DNA from: Harriotta raleighana
Taxonomy: Eukaryota
Assembly (NCBI GenBank): GCA_050575255.1
Contig: JBNZDD010013626.1
Location: 2,052,056-2,116,055 of the forward strand
Length of the DNA stretch: 64,000 nt
Direction of reading: 5' to 3'
Both the position numbers and the translations under genes were made by a program. The notes under the pieces were generated by a model. It was not told where the DNA came from, searched no databases, and worked only from the letters and a program-made list of their open reading frames with translations. How positions within the stretch are numbered: position 1 is the first letter of the stretch; each line of letters opens with the position of its first letter. Positions 24,528-37,500 of this stretch are shown one piece after another.

Positions 24528-25105
24528 TCAGCGGCCTTGGGACATCCTCCCGATGTGAAAGGTGCTATGCAAATGTTATTTTGTTGCTGTTGTTGCATCC
24601 AACTGTATTCAGTGCCCGCTGACGTGAAAAGTGCTATCCAAATCTATTTTTTGTTGTTGTATTGGTCATTAAGACAGTGCCATATAATTACACTGGTGGT
24701 TTGTCTTGAAAGAGCTGTTTTTCAGCTCTCGAATGTCAAAAGTTTGTTTTATGTCTGGTTTTGCTGGTATTCCAATGCTCCTGATATGAAAGGTGCTATA
24801 CACATGTAATTTTGTTGTTGTTGAAGGAGAACTGTCACCATCTTCGAGATTTTTTCACCCACCTCAAAAGAGGCTTACTTCCTGGAATAGGCAGAAACTT
24901 CCTCCAATACTTCTGTCCTCGAGGACTTCTTCAACCTGTAGCGGGCACCCAAAGCCAACAATCCCTCAAATAAACTTAACCACTTTGTGGATTCCTGTAT
25001 TCACTTACAAAATTGACCATACACCTTACAGTATATCTTGTTAAATGATTTGATATGGCCTCCTGATGTGAAATGTACTGTACAAATTTCACAGATTGTT
25101 GTTAG
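24528..25105 (+). mobile_element. Cluster of four short L2-type 3' termini
   Basis: Variants of CCTGAYGTGAAAGGTGCTAT..AAATGTAATTTTGTTGTTG at ~24528-24595, ~24618-24660, ~24778-24823 and ~25060-25103. Confidence 0.7.
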
Positions 25106-25654
25106 GATTATTAAAGTGGAGGATCCTGCAATGCTTTCAAAAGCACATTTGGGGAAAAAAAACAAGTAACTTACAAGCTAGTGAAATGGCTAGTAAAATC
25201 CTTTCTTCAGTTAAGAGTGACAAGCATTTGCATGTAGGCAAAGAAAGTTTGTTTCAATCATGGGTTAGCTCTGGGTTTGCTGATCTCAGCAGAATTGGGT
25301 TTAACTTATACTATGATACAGTGTGTGTATATATAGTACTTTGTTATACCTAATTCAATTGAGATTTTTTTTAGATGAGAACATTTTTGCATTTGAAAAA
25401 TTAGTGTCACAAAACCTTTACATTGAATACACTTTCACCTTCATAAAGATTCTTTGTTTGTCTATAAAAAAATTTAAAATAACAGATTCTCTTACCAAAT
25501 GTCTGTTCCTATCAAAGCAATTTCATATTGTTAGCAATTTGTCTGCTAATATTACTGTATCAATATCACCATGCATTGAACTCCTGAATAAGTAATAGAA
25601 GTTTCCATTTGCTATTAGCTAAACCTGATGAACTTTTAAGGTACATGACTAACG

Positions 25655-25783
25655 CATTGTTGGTTGCTACATTTTGCCCACAAATATACAATCAATCCAC
25701 TTTACAGTATATTCTCTGAAGCACTTTGAGACATCTAGAAGATGTGAAAAGCGCGATATCAAATGCAAGTATTATTATTATTG
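25655..25783 (+). mobile_element. SINE 3' fragment
   Basis: CCCACAAATATACAATCAATCCACTTTACAGTATATTCT...AAATGCAAGTATTATTATT. Confidence 0.8.
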
Positions 25784-28700
25784 TGCAGAGCTCTTTTCTG
25801 CCAAATTATATGGTAGAAGAGAAGGGTGCAGAATTGTTTTTCTGACCTACTTGGAGTTTACAAATTGGGGCACGAGCGCTCCACACTTAGAATTGCATTG
25901 CTTCTGAGAAGTTTTAATTCTGAAGAATATGTTGGTACAATACAACTCTTAGTTCATTGAGTTGAGTCAGTTTAATTCATGGCAAATGCTTTAGATATCA
26001 TAAATTTTTTAAGTGGTTATGCTGTAAGATGTATTTTGGGGAGGGCATGAAGCAGGCCAGCGAGCAGAGGGCTACATAGGGGATAAATTCCTGATGCTTA
26101 TTCCTGTGGCTCTGCTGGGAAGTGCATTATAGTGGATGTCTTGATGAGATTAGTATCATGATCAGTGATGCCCAATAATTAATAACCCCAGCCTAGTACC
26201 ACTCATTCTCTATAATTGGGTGTTTTTAAAAAAAATAGCTACAGGACAAGTTTAGGTGAAAGGTAGTGCCCTCTGAAATGTATGATTTGGAGATTTGAGG
26301 AGAGGGATTAAAATTGCAAGGATTTAATACAAGTGAAATGGCTTGAACCTTCATTCCAGTAGAGTATCATCGTATATTTGCTTTGTAGCTATTGACACTA
26401 TGAAGTGTTATCAAGCATGTGGTTCGGAAATATTCTAGCATGTGATGCAACTTTTTTTTAACAAAAAACAACTTTGAAACAGTGGCATACAGAAAAATGA
26501 TTCAAAGAATTATTATTCCGTCAAATTTACGACCTAACAAACCTGGGACATCATGTCCAACATTGCTCTGTTTGGATCATCACTGTGTTGAAATCAGAAC
26601 TGTGTTTTCCAGAAACGAAAGATTTTGAAATTCCTTATGTCTTTCAGTCATCGCTACCTTTTGCAATCTACAATCTCAGTAAAGCTTGATATCACTTGAC
26701 TATTCTCAAACTTATTCTCTCCTATTCCTTTTCAGTCTCAATGGTGGACTTCCATTTTATTTATTATTATTGTTTTAAATCATCTTTAGGCATATATTGC
26801 CATTCATGCATTGCTTTAAAAAAATTGTATATTCCCCCTCTCCACACTAAGAAATGCCCTTAAACACATATTCAAACATATTTTAGCATATGATGGACAA
26901 GAATGGGGACTTATTATTTGAGCGCTTCACTTTCAGAATTCCAAACAAACAAAAGTGATGTTTGTTTGTGGGTGCAGTGGTGAGATATTAAGTTTGTGTT
27001 TGTGGCTGCAGTGTTGAGATATTACTGTATTAAGCAGCAGATCTGCAATAAGAATCTATGACTTTTTCTATGACATTGTGTATGTTTATCAAGGTTGCAT
27101 ATTTGTTTATATGTTGTTCCTCATAAGAATTGGGTAAGCAAACACCACTGTACAAAAGTTAGTTACACTTCTGTATTTGGCTGTACAGTATTTAAGCACT
27201 CGGCAACGCAGCCCGGTGCAGAGGGCACAATGCAAGTTGTTGTTGAGGTTGGTGTTTGAACTTTATTATGCAGTTTTTCAAACATATGAGTGACTTTTAG
27301 GACTTGGTTGGCTAGAACTACTCTTAAAGTATTGATCACACCCTTTCTGTGTTGTAAATTTTCCATTCCATGCAATATGCCATGCAATATGCAGAATCCA
27401 TTTGAGTTTATTAATTTAAGAGCATGTAAATAACTTCTCATTTTTGGTTATTCTTTTGTTCTGAGTTTCAGTCATTCTATGTTTCTTTTAAATTGTGTAA
27501 GAGCAGGGGCGCTGATGACTTCATTTGTGAAATTTGTGCAATCTTTTATTGGAAAGGATGCAGTTTGTAACTCCCACCAGAAAGCAGAACTGAAAAGGGT
27601 GGGAACCTGTTATGACGTTTAAGGTGACAAGTTTGTGGTCAGAGGTGCAACTGGAGATCTGAGCAGCAGCTTGACATGCAAACAGGCTGGTCACGGCTGA
27701 GTTAGCAGTAGTGGTGCTATAATTAGTCTCTGTATCCCTGAATAGGGGTTGAGATAAATCATCCTGGGCTCTTGCTTATTATCCTGGTACATTGTTGAAA
27801 AGTATGATTGTCCCTGGATGTTGGGTGAGGACATATTAAGGCTGGGCTGTTCAATTCCCTCCACATGCACACGTACAAATAAGCCAAACCTATGTCTCAG
27901 ATTGATGCACAAAGAATGGCAAGGTATCAGAAAGCGACAAGCACATTTGGAACCGCATCCCGTGATGAGTCAGTTTATTCAAAAGAAGAGCGGAGGATTT
28001 GGAGGCAGGGATAATCAATTATTTTAAATAAAATTAGATGGGATTTCTGCTAGAAAGGGTAATGTTGAGGATCATAACAGGATAGAATAAGTGACTGACT
28101 GACTGACTGATTGACCTTGTAGGGAATAGAAATTGGTTTAATTTGACATTTCAAATCTCACCAATGTTTACCAACCTTACTAAATCTCACCAATACAATT
28201 TCAGCACCTTCCAACTTTAGCATAATAGTTGAAATGTCTTCATGTAGGGTATAACAGGGCAGATTAGCACAGTTTGGGAACTTGTTGGAGTTCAACTAGC
28301 AGATGGTGCCGAGTTACTTTGTGCTAAATTTACATGTGCTTGAATTAGGCGTGAATTTAAATACATCTCCCTAACTCTTCCGTTACACTACCTAATAGAA
28401 AAATCCGAGGACTAGACTATACTCTACTTCATAATCGCACACACTTCATATTATTAATTCTGAGTGCAATTGAAAGATCCGGGTGTAAATTTAAACAATA
28501 CCTCTCTATCGAAGGGACTGCACTTTATTTACCACATGAGCAGAATGTGTGGGTGATTGTATTTGTATAGTAAATGTCTTGCTGTACAAATGTCAGACAG
28601 TTTGATTATGGAGCGCTGCTGGTAATAATAGCATGGCTGTTTTGTTTATTTAGGGATTTTGCTCGTGGACTGTGGTATTGTGCCATGTGGTCATTCAGAC

Positions 28701-29320
28701 ACTAAAGAAAACTTTGGTTTTATTTTTTAAACGATTTTTCAAATTTCTGCATCATGATGTGTCTTGTGCAGCTATTGAATATTTTGATTCTGCAGTGGTT
28801 ACAGTTACAGGAAAATACACTGAATGCATTGGCAAGAGTAACAGTGAAAACAATGCTTTTTTAAGGTTCTAGACTGTTTCAGCATTTTAATTTAATTATA
28901 GTTTCTATCTCCCCTCCAATCTGTCACCCCACATTGCCATGGCCAGGGGGCAGACTGGAAGATTGCCAGACAGTTTATTCCCAGGCCTCTGCCAATCTTG
29001 TATTTAAGGCAACTGCCTGGCATGCAAGTACACTCTTGTCTTATTCTATCACAACTACCACTGGGGGAAGAGTCTGGTCTCTGTTAAAGTGCTCTCCTGA
29101 CATTGCAGCTGGCAGTGGAAATGGGGCAGGTGAGAAATGAGAGACGTAAATTAGCTTTGTGCCATAGGGTGTTACAAAATAGGCCCTAAACTGCTGTGCC
29201 AGACCTGCTTAGAGGATTTCCACATCTTTAATATTAGAAGAGCAGTTAAGTGGTTGCAGTAGGATTTTTCTGTATCATTGTTCTGGTATTAATGTTTCAA
29301 TCTATTTATTTGACCTGCTT

Positions 29321-29484
29321 TGCTAAAAATTTGTGGGGTTTTTTCCCTACAGTATAAGTGAAAGTTTCTTAACTGTGAAGGGGGCTGCCCTATTCCTGCC
29401 CTGCTAAAAAAAATTGTATGTTTCTTTTCCCTACAGTATAAGTGAGAGTTTCTTAACTGTGAAGGGGGCTGCCCTATTCCTGCC
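29321..29484 (+). repeat. Diverged tandem duplication spanning the exon 3 acceptor (84-nt offset)
   Basis: TTTTCCCTACAG plus the first 48 exonic nt occur twice, with acceptors ending at 29352 and 29436. Confidence 0.95.
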
Positions 29485-29540
29485 TCGAGGAAATGGCTCG
29501 CCCACACCCAGAATCAACCATCGACGTAACAAACATGCAG
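29437..29540 (+). CDS. ssh2: ssh2 exon 3 (104 nt; ISESFLTVKGAALFLPRGNGSPTPRINHRRNKHA-G)
   Basis: ttttccctacag|T acceptor, G|gtaatt donor; slingshot N-terminal domain motif SESFLTVKGAALFL. Confidence 0.96.
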
Positions 29541-30029
29541 GTAATTTCCTCTCTAACTTAAAAGATGTTTGTGTGACAAAATGTGGCAGAAAAGTGATAA
29601 TATTATCGAAGGAATTAATTATTTTCTTTGCCAGAATCTCGGAACCAGCTGTTAAAATATCTTAATGATATTGGAACGGTGCTTAAATTGTACATTTTAA
29701 AACATCATTCAGATGGATGTTTTCCAGTTTTCCGAGAGCCATTTTCTGACAATTACATGGGGGCAGATGGTACAATTAGTTTGACATTTCAAACTCTCCT
29801 GGTATCTCTGGAGATATTGTTTCATGGCCAGACAGCTGGTATAAAGATGCATTTCTATTCAATATAATTTTACATTCCAAGTAGACCTTAGTGCGGAGGA
29901 AAAAGTGTGAAACAATACAAGAATTTGGCAAGCTTTGGAGCTGATATGGTGTTCGAGTCAATTGATTGTTAAAATGTAAGCTTTTTTTTAAAAGCAGGTT
30001 AAATTCAAGTTGCTCGTCCTCATTTTCAA

Positions 30030-30250
30030 ATCTCTCCATGGCTTTGCTCCACCTTTGGGATCTCCAGCAGCCCTAGATCCCTTTGCTCACTGAATACGAG
30101 CCTGCTATTGTCGCCACCCTATCTGCCCACCATTGATGGGCAAGCCAGTCTGCCCTCTCTTTGGAGCTCCATCTCAGAGTCCCTCTCTCCCTCCCTATTT
30201 TCAAACCCTGCCTCAAAGCTGGCCTTTTTGTCAATGTGTTTGGTCACCCC
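30030..30250 (+). mobile_element. Old L2 3' fragment
   Basis: CTCCATGGCTTTGCTCCACC...TTCAAACCCTGCCTCAAAGC...TTTGGTCACCCC parallels the other L2 3' ends. Confidence 0.55.
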
Positions 30251-30841
30251 CTGGTCTGATGTATCCAGGTGCTCATATTGGAACTGGATGTGATGTTTTT
30301 AGTAATGACATTGAGATCTGGATCACATTACCCACATCACAAGTCGACTAATGAGAAGAAACAGATGCTGATATGTTCTTGTGCCTGTCTGTAGTCTGTG
30401 TTCTGACACGAGCTTTCTTTTTTTTAAAAAACTAGCGCAATGGCACAAGTATTTCAAAAAATTGTAGATACCAGTTTACTCCCCTATCTTAGTGGAGTTG
30501 AAAGCTCAAATATTTTCAATCAGAACGCAAGGTTGTCAGACTTATTTCAACCCACTGAGCTACAGTTCTTTTATCTACTTCCTGAATTGTTCTATCAGAA
30601 TTAAATTAATCCATCCCCTATCTCTTGTTCTCTTTTGAGTGTTGGCACATGCCATATATCGGAGCAGTCTAGTCTTGTGAAAGAATACAGTTTTGGTATT
30701 CCAATCCAATTGCTGTATTTACATAAATGTATTATGGACTACAGTGTTTTTTAGGAAAAAAAACTTAACTTGAGAATATTAAACAGCCTATTAAATGAAC
30801 AAGTTTGTTTAATATGATCTATCATAGCTCACTAGAAAGTT

Positions 30842-31160
30842 GGAGTCCTGTAGCTCAGTGGTTTGAGCACTCGCTTTACAAGTGAGAGATCTGGGTTCAA
30901 TTCCAGGAAGAATGAAACCGTGGGCAAATTTCCTTACTCACACACCTAATAATAATACCTAAAAAAAATAGAATGCAGTATTGTAATTGGGTCATTTCAA
31001 GACAGTTTGTGGGACACCACTGTGTGCAATTGGCTGCCACGTTTCACCCATATATATGGAATCAATTAATTCACTTTACAGTATATTCTGTGAAGTACTT
31101 TGAGAGGGCAGAAGATGTGTAAAGTGTTATATGCAAGAATTATTATTAAGGATTATTATT
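30842..31160 (+). mobile_element. tRNA-derived SINE, full length
   Basis: A box TAGCTCAGTGG, B box GGTTCAATTCC; body and tail as at 15411-15730. Confidence 0.88.
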
Positions 31161-31722
31161 GTTGTTTGCAGTGCCCCTTGTTCACAAACTAAAAAGATTG
31201 CAGTTAAGTGCATAGTAACAGAAGTCAGCCATTTCAGACCATCGAACTTCTTCTGCTATTTTGTTTAATATCAATTCTTTATCTTTCTAATATGATTTTC
31301 ACAGCTTTTCAGCATATTCTTCAAAACACTCACTTCCCAAGGGCTAATCTATAGTCTTCAGTGGTTTAATTGCTTTGAAGAAAACATAGGATGCCACATA
31401 TGTATAAAGATGCATTTGACCTGAACTGGGAAGACCTATTCCTGAAGAGAGATTGAGTCTTGGAACCTTCTATCTATTTTGCATTTTAGGAATATTAATC
31501 ACCTGTCCTGTGTTGTCTGATGCAAATCTCCATGATTTAAAGTAGTCTGGTCAAGTTCAATACAATCGAATCGGAACAGCTTAGTCTTTGTAGTTTTAGC
31601 ATGGGTCTAAATCTGAAATGACGTGAATTACTGACCTGACTAAAAGAGTTTAGAACAATTGGTAACCAAATTTCTCAAATCTTCTTCAATCCATCTTTTT
31701 GCTCTGTTTTTGTTCCTTTCAG

Positions 31723-31787
31723 GTGACCTTCAGCAGCACCTACAGGCGATGTTTACCCTCCTTAGACCAGAAGACAATATCCGACTG
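31723..31787 (+). CDS. ssh2: ssh2 exon 4 (65 nt; GDLQQHLQAMFTLLRPEDNIRL)
   Basis: tcctttcag|GT acceptor, CTG|gtgagt donor; phases match both neighbours. Confidence 0.96.
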
Positions 31788-33546
31788 GTGAGTTATATGT
31801 GAATTCCTCACCATTTCTATACCATTAGATGCTGAAAATACCATTTCTATACCATTAGATGTTACAAAACTAGTGACTTATTGTTTATGGGGTGTTTTTA
31901 AAAATAATTTACTTTGATTTTCTTGTTTATTTTTCATTCTCTTACACTACCGTAGCTTTTAAACTGGCAGCCCCAAGTGTGTAAGAGCAGTATGTTCTGA
32001 CTTGCTGACTGGGAATCTACTTAGTTTCTTAGTGGTCCAGATTCCATACTATGTATACAGGGGGAGATGGAGAATTGAAAGTCACCCCAAGACTGTTAAC
32101 TTATTGCATCAACGACCTGAAATGGGATTTCAGCCCAAAGTTAGTTGCAGAGCAATGCTTGGTGTGAAACAGAGACTGAAAAGGAAGAACAATCACAAAT
32201 ATTTTTAATAAAAGGAAATATTTCATGATAGCTTGTCATTCTTGGATGAGTGACTAGTTAATAACAACAATAATCAAATGTATCGTAGTGTACGTCACAT
32301 CAAACATCCAGGATTCATATTCAGGTCTTATCATATTTCTGTATCGGGCTTGTTGTGTTTAGAGATGTTTTATAGTGGGTATCCAATGCCAGAGTGTTCA
32401 TAGTACATTGACATGAAACTGCATCTACAGTTACATAGCAGTCAATAGTAATTTATGTCTTTTAATTGAATCTGGTCTAGATGCAACCCCAGAATGAAGT
32501 TTAGGTATAGAAATGGATCAAAACCTACACCTTGAGATATAGATGCGTCTATTAGTAAACAGCACAGTATGCAAAACATTTTATCTGTGTATTGTGTAAC
32601 GTGTATTGCTTACAGATTTGATCTGCCTTATTTGACCTTAGGGAAGTGAAATGTCACACTTTTGCATGTCCTGTTTGCTGACAGGGCGGATTCTACAGTC
32701 AGGATTTGCCCTTGGGTGCCCATAGTCTGATCCAAATTGCAAAACAAAGTTACATTTTTAAAGCACCTTTCACGTCAGGAGGACCTCCAAATGCGCAAAA
32801 TGACTCACTTCTTACTCCTTGGGAGTGGATTGAGATGTGTGTTGATTGATCAGATCATCTTTTGTTAGTTCTCACCACAAAATTTATCACTGTCAGAAAA
32901 GAACGACAAGCAGTGCTTAATTTTTGTGCAGACCTGTTCATCCAAAAAGTGGTTCTTGCACATATTTGTAGTTTTATTCTGCATTCACTTTCCATCCAAA
33001 ATGTTGATGCAATTTATCCAACCAAATCAAACAAGCTAGAAAAGGCTTACGATGCTCAACGATTACTTAACAGTTCGCAAGTGCGTTGACATGCTCACAG
33101 CCACATAACTAGTTTTAAAATCTTATATGGAGCAATAGGAAACCTGAATGAAGCAAAGTTATGGAATCGGAAATTTTATTTCACTCTGGGAGAAACTTTC
33201 TGTACCCTCAGTATTCGAACTACTTTTCTAAGTAAAAATTTTATCAGGTAGATTTTATTGCTGTTCCCAGGATTGTTGTAAAGTTATTTTAAAGTTGAGC
33301 GCTGTGATAAGAACAGAAAATTATATTTGTGTAGTGTATTTCATGTTGGGCAGACATCCCAAGGCACTGAAGCAGAAGAAGTTAGCCTCCCATTTCCAAA
33401 TTCTTAACATATCCAAGTTTAACAGTTCCTTTTGTTTTCAAACTTGCATAATATTTTCAATTTGGTTAAAAAACATCCTCAATCTTTTAATGGACCCTTG
33501 TAATGATCTGTGTACATACAGAATTGTCAGCCATACAGTGTAAGTA

Positions 33547-34578
33547 TAGTAAAACCTTGTTTATCCGGCACCCACGGGACCTGGCCGGTGGCGGTTAAAC
33601 GGTTTTTCCGGTCGAACAGATTTTTAAAATTTATTTTTATTAAATAGAATTTTTTCAAAAAATTACAAATTATTTTAACACATTCCATATTAATAATAGA
33701 CTATATAACAACAGAATATTCTATGGTACATTATTTATACTTAACTTCGCAATCACAGCACTGATTCGACGGGAGGTAAAAAACGGGAGTTTAAAAAGCA
33801 ACGAGTTTAGATCTAATGGCCAGCACACACACACATAGACACACAGATAGACACGCACACACACAGACCCTCAAAGATATTAAGTCTGAATCCATCATAT
33901 AAATTCTGTCCCCCCCCATCCTCCCTTTCCTCTCTCTCCCTCCCTCTCTCTCTCTCTCTGCCGCCCTGTCTGCCATTTCTCTCACTCCATTATGCTTTTC
34001 TCTATCTCTCTCTCTCTCTTTCCCTCTCCCTTTCCCCATATCTCATTCCTCCCCCCCACCTCTCTCTTGCTCTNTGCCGCCCTGTCTGCCATTTCTCTCA
34101 CTCCATTATGCTTTTCTCTATCTCTCTCTTTCTCTCTCCCTTTCCCCATATCTCATTCCTCCCCCCCACCTCTCTCTTGCTCTCCATTCCCCGACCCCCC
34201 CCCTCCCTCCCTCCCCCTCTCTCTCTCTCTGTTTCTTCCCCTCCNTCCATTCCCCGCCCCCCCCCCTCCCTCCCTCCCCCTCTCTCTCTCTCTGTTTCTT
34301 CCCCTCCCTTCCCCCCCACCCTTCCCTTTCTCTCTGGCCGATACCTACAGCAATATTTATTAACTATTCAGTACTTACTTCCCAACAACAAACACTCATC
34401 CATGCGAACGAGATAAAATAAAAACCGAGAGTTTTAAAAGGACCCGGAACGACTTTAGACCCGACATTCAACGCGTCGCCGGATAACTTCCGGTTAGTTG
34501 GATCGGGACTTTTTTTTTGAGATGGTGGTTGAACGAGTTTTCCGATTATTCGAGTCTCGGATAAACGAGGTTTTACTG
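33547..34578. mobile_element. Non-autonomous Tc1/mariner (pogo/Tigger-like) DNA transposon
   Basis: 21-bp terminal inverted repeats 33547-33567 and 34558-34578 (YAGTAAAACCTYGTTTATCCG, 19/21 match); TA on both flanks (33545-33546, 34579-34580); CpG-rich subterminal regions, CT-rich interior, no transposase ORF. Confidence 0.88.
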
Positions 34579-37500
34579 TATGTAGAACAACCTGCTCCAG
34601 TCAAGTAGCCTCAGGTGTCAGTCACACCCACACAATTAACTGACAGCATAAACAAAGCAAAAGTGCTGATCATAATTGTTATCTATTTGACAAGAGAACA
34701 AAGGGTAGCAATCTTAGTTCTGAATCAATCGGTTGTGGTTTAATCCTACTGTGCAAATTACTTACCAGATTTACTTGCAAAGTACAGTAACTGCATTTTA
34801 CAGTAAATTCTGTGAAATGCTTTTTGAGATGTAAAATGTGCTACATCAGAATGCAAGTATTCAGTATCTTAAAATTATAGTTATGGATAAATGGTTGATT
34901 TTTAACATAATTTTTTCAATCTTTAGGCTTCAGTCATGTATTCACTTTCTTGCAAATTTGTACTTTGTAACTCCCATTTTAACAAGTAAAGATGCAAAAG
35001 ATTTTGAAGAACGTGCCAAAGTGATTAGTTTCAACTAGCAGTTTGTGATAGAAGTTCATATTGCAGAATTTTGGGGGGATATTGCGCAAAATAGAATCTC
35101 AAATGTGTATTGCTTACAAATTGCTCTTATGACATGTGAATTATAATCAGGATCACTCCAGTGTCTGCAATTGCACCATCTTAAGCCAAGAAAATTACTG
35201 AGACCATTATAAATTCTACTGTATTTTCTGCATTTCTATCCCCTTAGCTATCACCCTATGAGAGGTAGGAGTTGAGTATTGTATATTGGTCATTAAAGCT
35301 TAATTGCATTCTGGAAATTCATGTAACCCATCTTTAGGTCGGACTTTTGATGCATTTCTTCTTTCAGTTTCTCAAAGCATTAAATGCAAGGACTAAAATT
35401 AATGTAATTGTTGTAGACAAATGGAAATGTCAAGTCCCTTCTGCGTATGCCAATACCTTGCTACATGCCCAGCATTCTGTAATGGTGTATCTGTGCTGCT
35501 GATTTGTTTCAGCAATATTGCCTGAGGTTCTGGGTGAGCCAAATTCCATATCAGTTATGGTGTATGCGAACAAAAACTGTTGCCACACATCACATTCATG
35601 ATGGTCTGCCTTTATTGACCTAATGGTTGACAGTTTGTGTGGCTGTCAGATAAAGAAATATGAATTCACAGCACTATGTGGATGATACTCTACTGCTATC
35701 AGACTATCGATCTTCCTCACTGACTATCAGTAGTGAAGTCAGGACTGCAATCAGTACAGTTTCCTTCAACATGTTTTTCCTGTTGTAACATTTAGTTGGG
35801 TCCAATTCCTGGCATAGTTAGTATATCGAGAAAAATAAGCTTGCAGGATGAAGCAATCTCAGCAAGCATTCATAGATGATTGTTGACCTTGAATGTTTGA
35901 ACTCCCATTTTGCAAACAGAACCTGTGACCTTTTGGGTTCAGTTTCACTCTGGGTATGCTGTAACCATTGGATTAATTGTGGGGCCCATGTGCTTTGATT
36001 TTTAATTATAGAAATATTCTGACTATCATGTTAGCTCCTTTTGATTACTGGGAATGCATATGCATTGATGTTTACGTACATGGAGCTGCCCTTTCACTAA
36101 ATGTAAGAATGCTGGATCCAGACAGTGTGACCACAGCTACTGATGCGCAACAAGAATGCTCGAGACACCACAGAAATATGGTGCAATAACCAGCCATCAT
36201 GGCAAGAAACAGGAAACTGAATTTACCAATGCCATTCAAAAAATGTGTACATGGTGGAGATGTAATCAGTAAAACCTGATGTTTCAGCTCCCAGAAAAAT
36301 TGGGGCAAATAGTGAACCAAATAATTAGCAATGCTCTGAAAGTTTAAATGTAGTTACAAATTCGATGCACTTAATTTTGTTAGCTAACACATCAGCCATT
36401 ATTCCCTTTAAAGTCTCATTCTTGCATAAATCCAAATGGCTTCACTGAATATGGTTATCCGGTTTTACTTGCTGCAAGAGATTTTGACCTTGGTTGATTC
36501 TTGTCATTCAGATACATGATATGAGTTGGTCCCTGATCTAATTTCCACTGATCAGGTTCTCTTCAGTCCAGCACTCCATGACTGCGGATACACTGACATG
36601 ACCTTGCTCTGATTGAAGTAAGGGCAACATGAGCCCATTTTAAAACCAAATTGATAGATTTTAAACTTTCTTTTCAAATTCCACGCTAGATTCACAAATG
36701 TAAATCAGTGCAATGGTAATGTATTTGAGGTATTTGGGATACACTGTAAATCATAAGGATTTTTTTGGAAAAGGTTTATACAGTATGACCTTGCTTTACA
36801 ATTCCAACAAAATGAGATAGACAGCTTTCTAAATTTTGCACGGAAGATCCTGGTGACACGTTTTTCCAGGGGTCAAGGTTGCTTTCAGTGTAAATAGTAA
36901 CAGAAGTAGTGAATCCAGCATAAAATATCTCAGATCCAAACTCCCAACACCTGCTCTCAGCTATTGGTAGATTGACTTATCTTCATTAGAGGACATATCA
37001 TTTATTGAGTCAACATTAGAAAGGCTCTGAAGTTGTAGTACTATTATAAATACGAAAAATACAAGTTTTAGACAAGTTCATCAAAAATAGATATTCAGCT
37101 ATTAGAATGATAATTGAATAGGTAACAATAGGGGTATGATCTATTGATCTAAGATTTAGAATGATGTTGTTATGGATTTACATAGAAGGGCTGCACAATT
37201 TGAATACCCTTTAATCATTTCAACTGGACACTTTGCCTTGTGGCTGGATCTACTTCTGCTCCATGCCTTGCAAGATTAGAGTGCGAACCTACTAACATAC
37301 GTGTCTGGTGTTAGACTCTTCACAGAAAGCATCTTTTGGCATTTAATCAAATCTTTTGTAATTTTTGAGCTTTCAGGTTTAGCAAAGTGCTCTGAGACCT
37401 TTACACACTAAGATTATTTTGAATGAGGGCCCTTGAAATTCCCCCTGTACGTATGGTTAACACATCCGGCAAATTAGATCCCCAAATTGCGACATGGGAA

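Noticed and set aside
27505-27550. Hammerhead-like CTGATGA...GAAA motif
   Set aside because: The required stems I and II do not pair; other CTGATGA occurrences I checked also lack the fold.
33960-34310. Duplicated CT-rich blocks and Pro/Ser- or Gly/Glu/Arg-rich ORFs
   Set aside because: Low-complexity translation inside the transposon; duplications flank single Ns and are probably artefacts.
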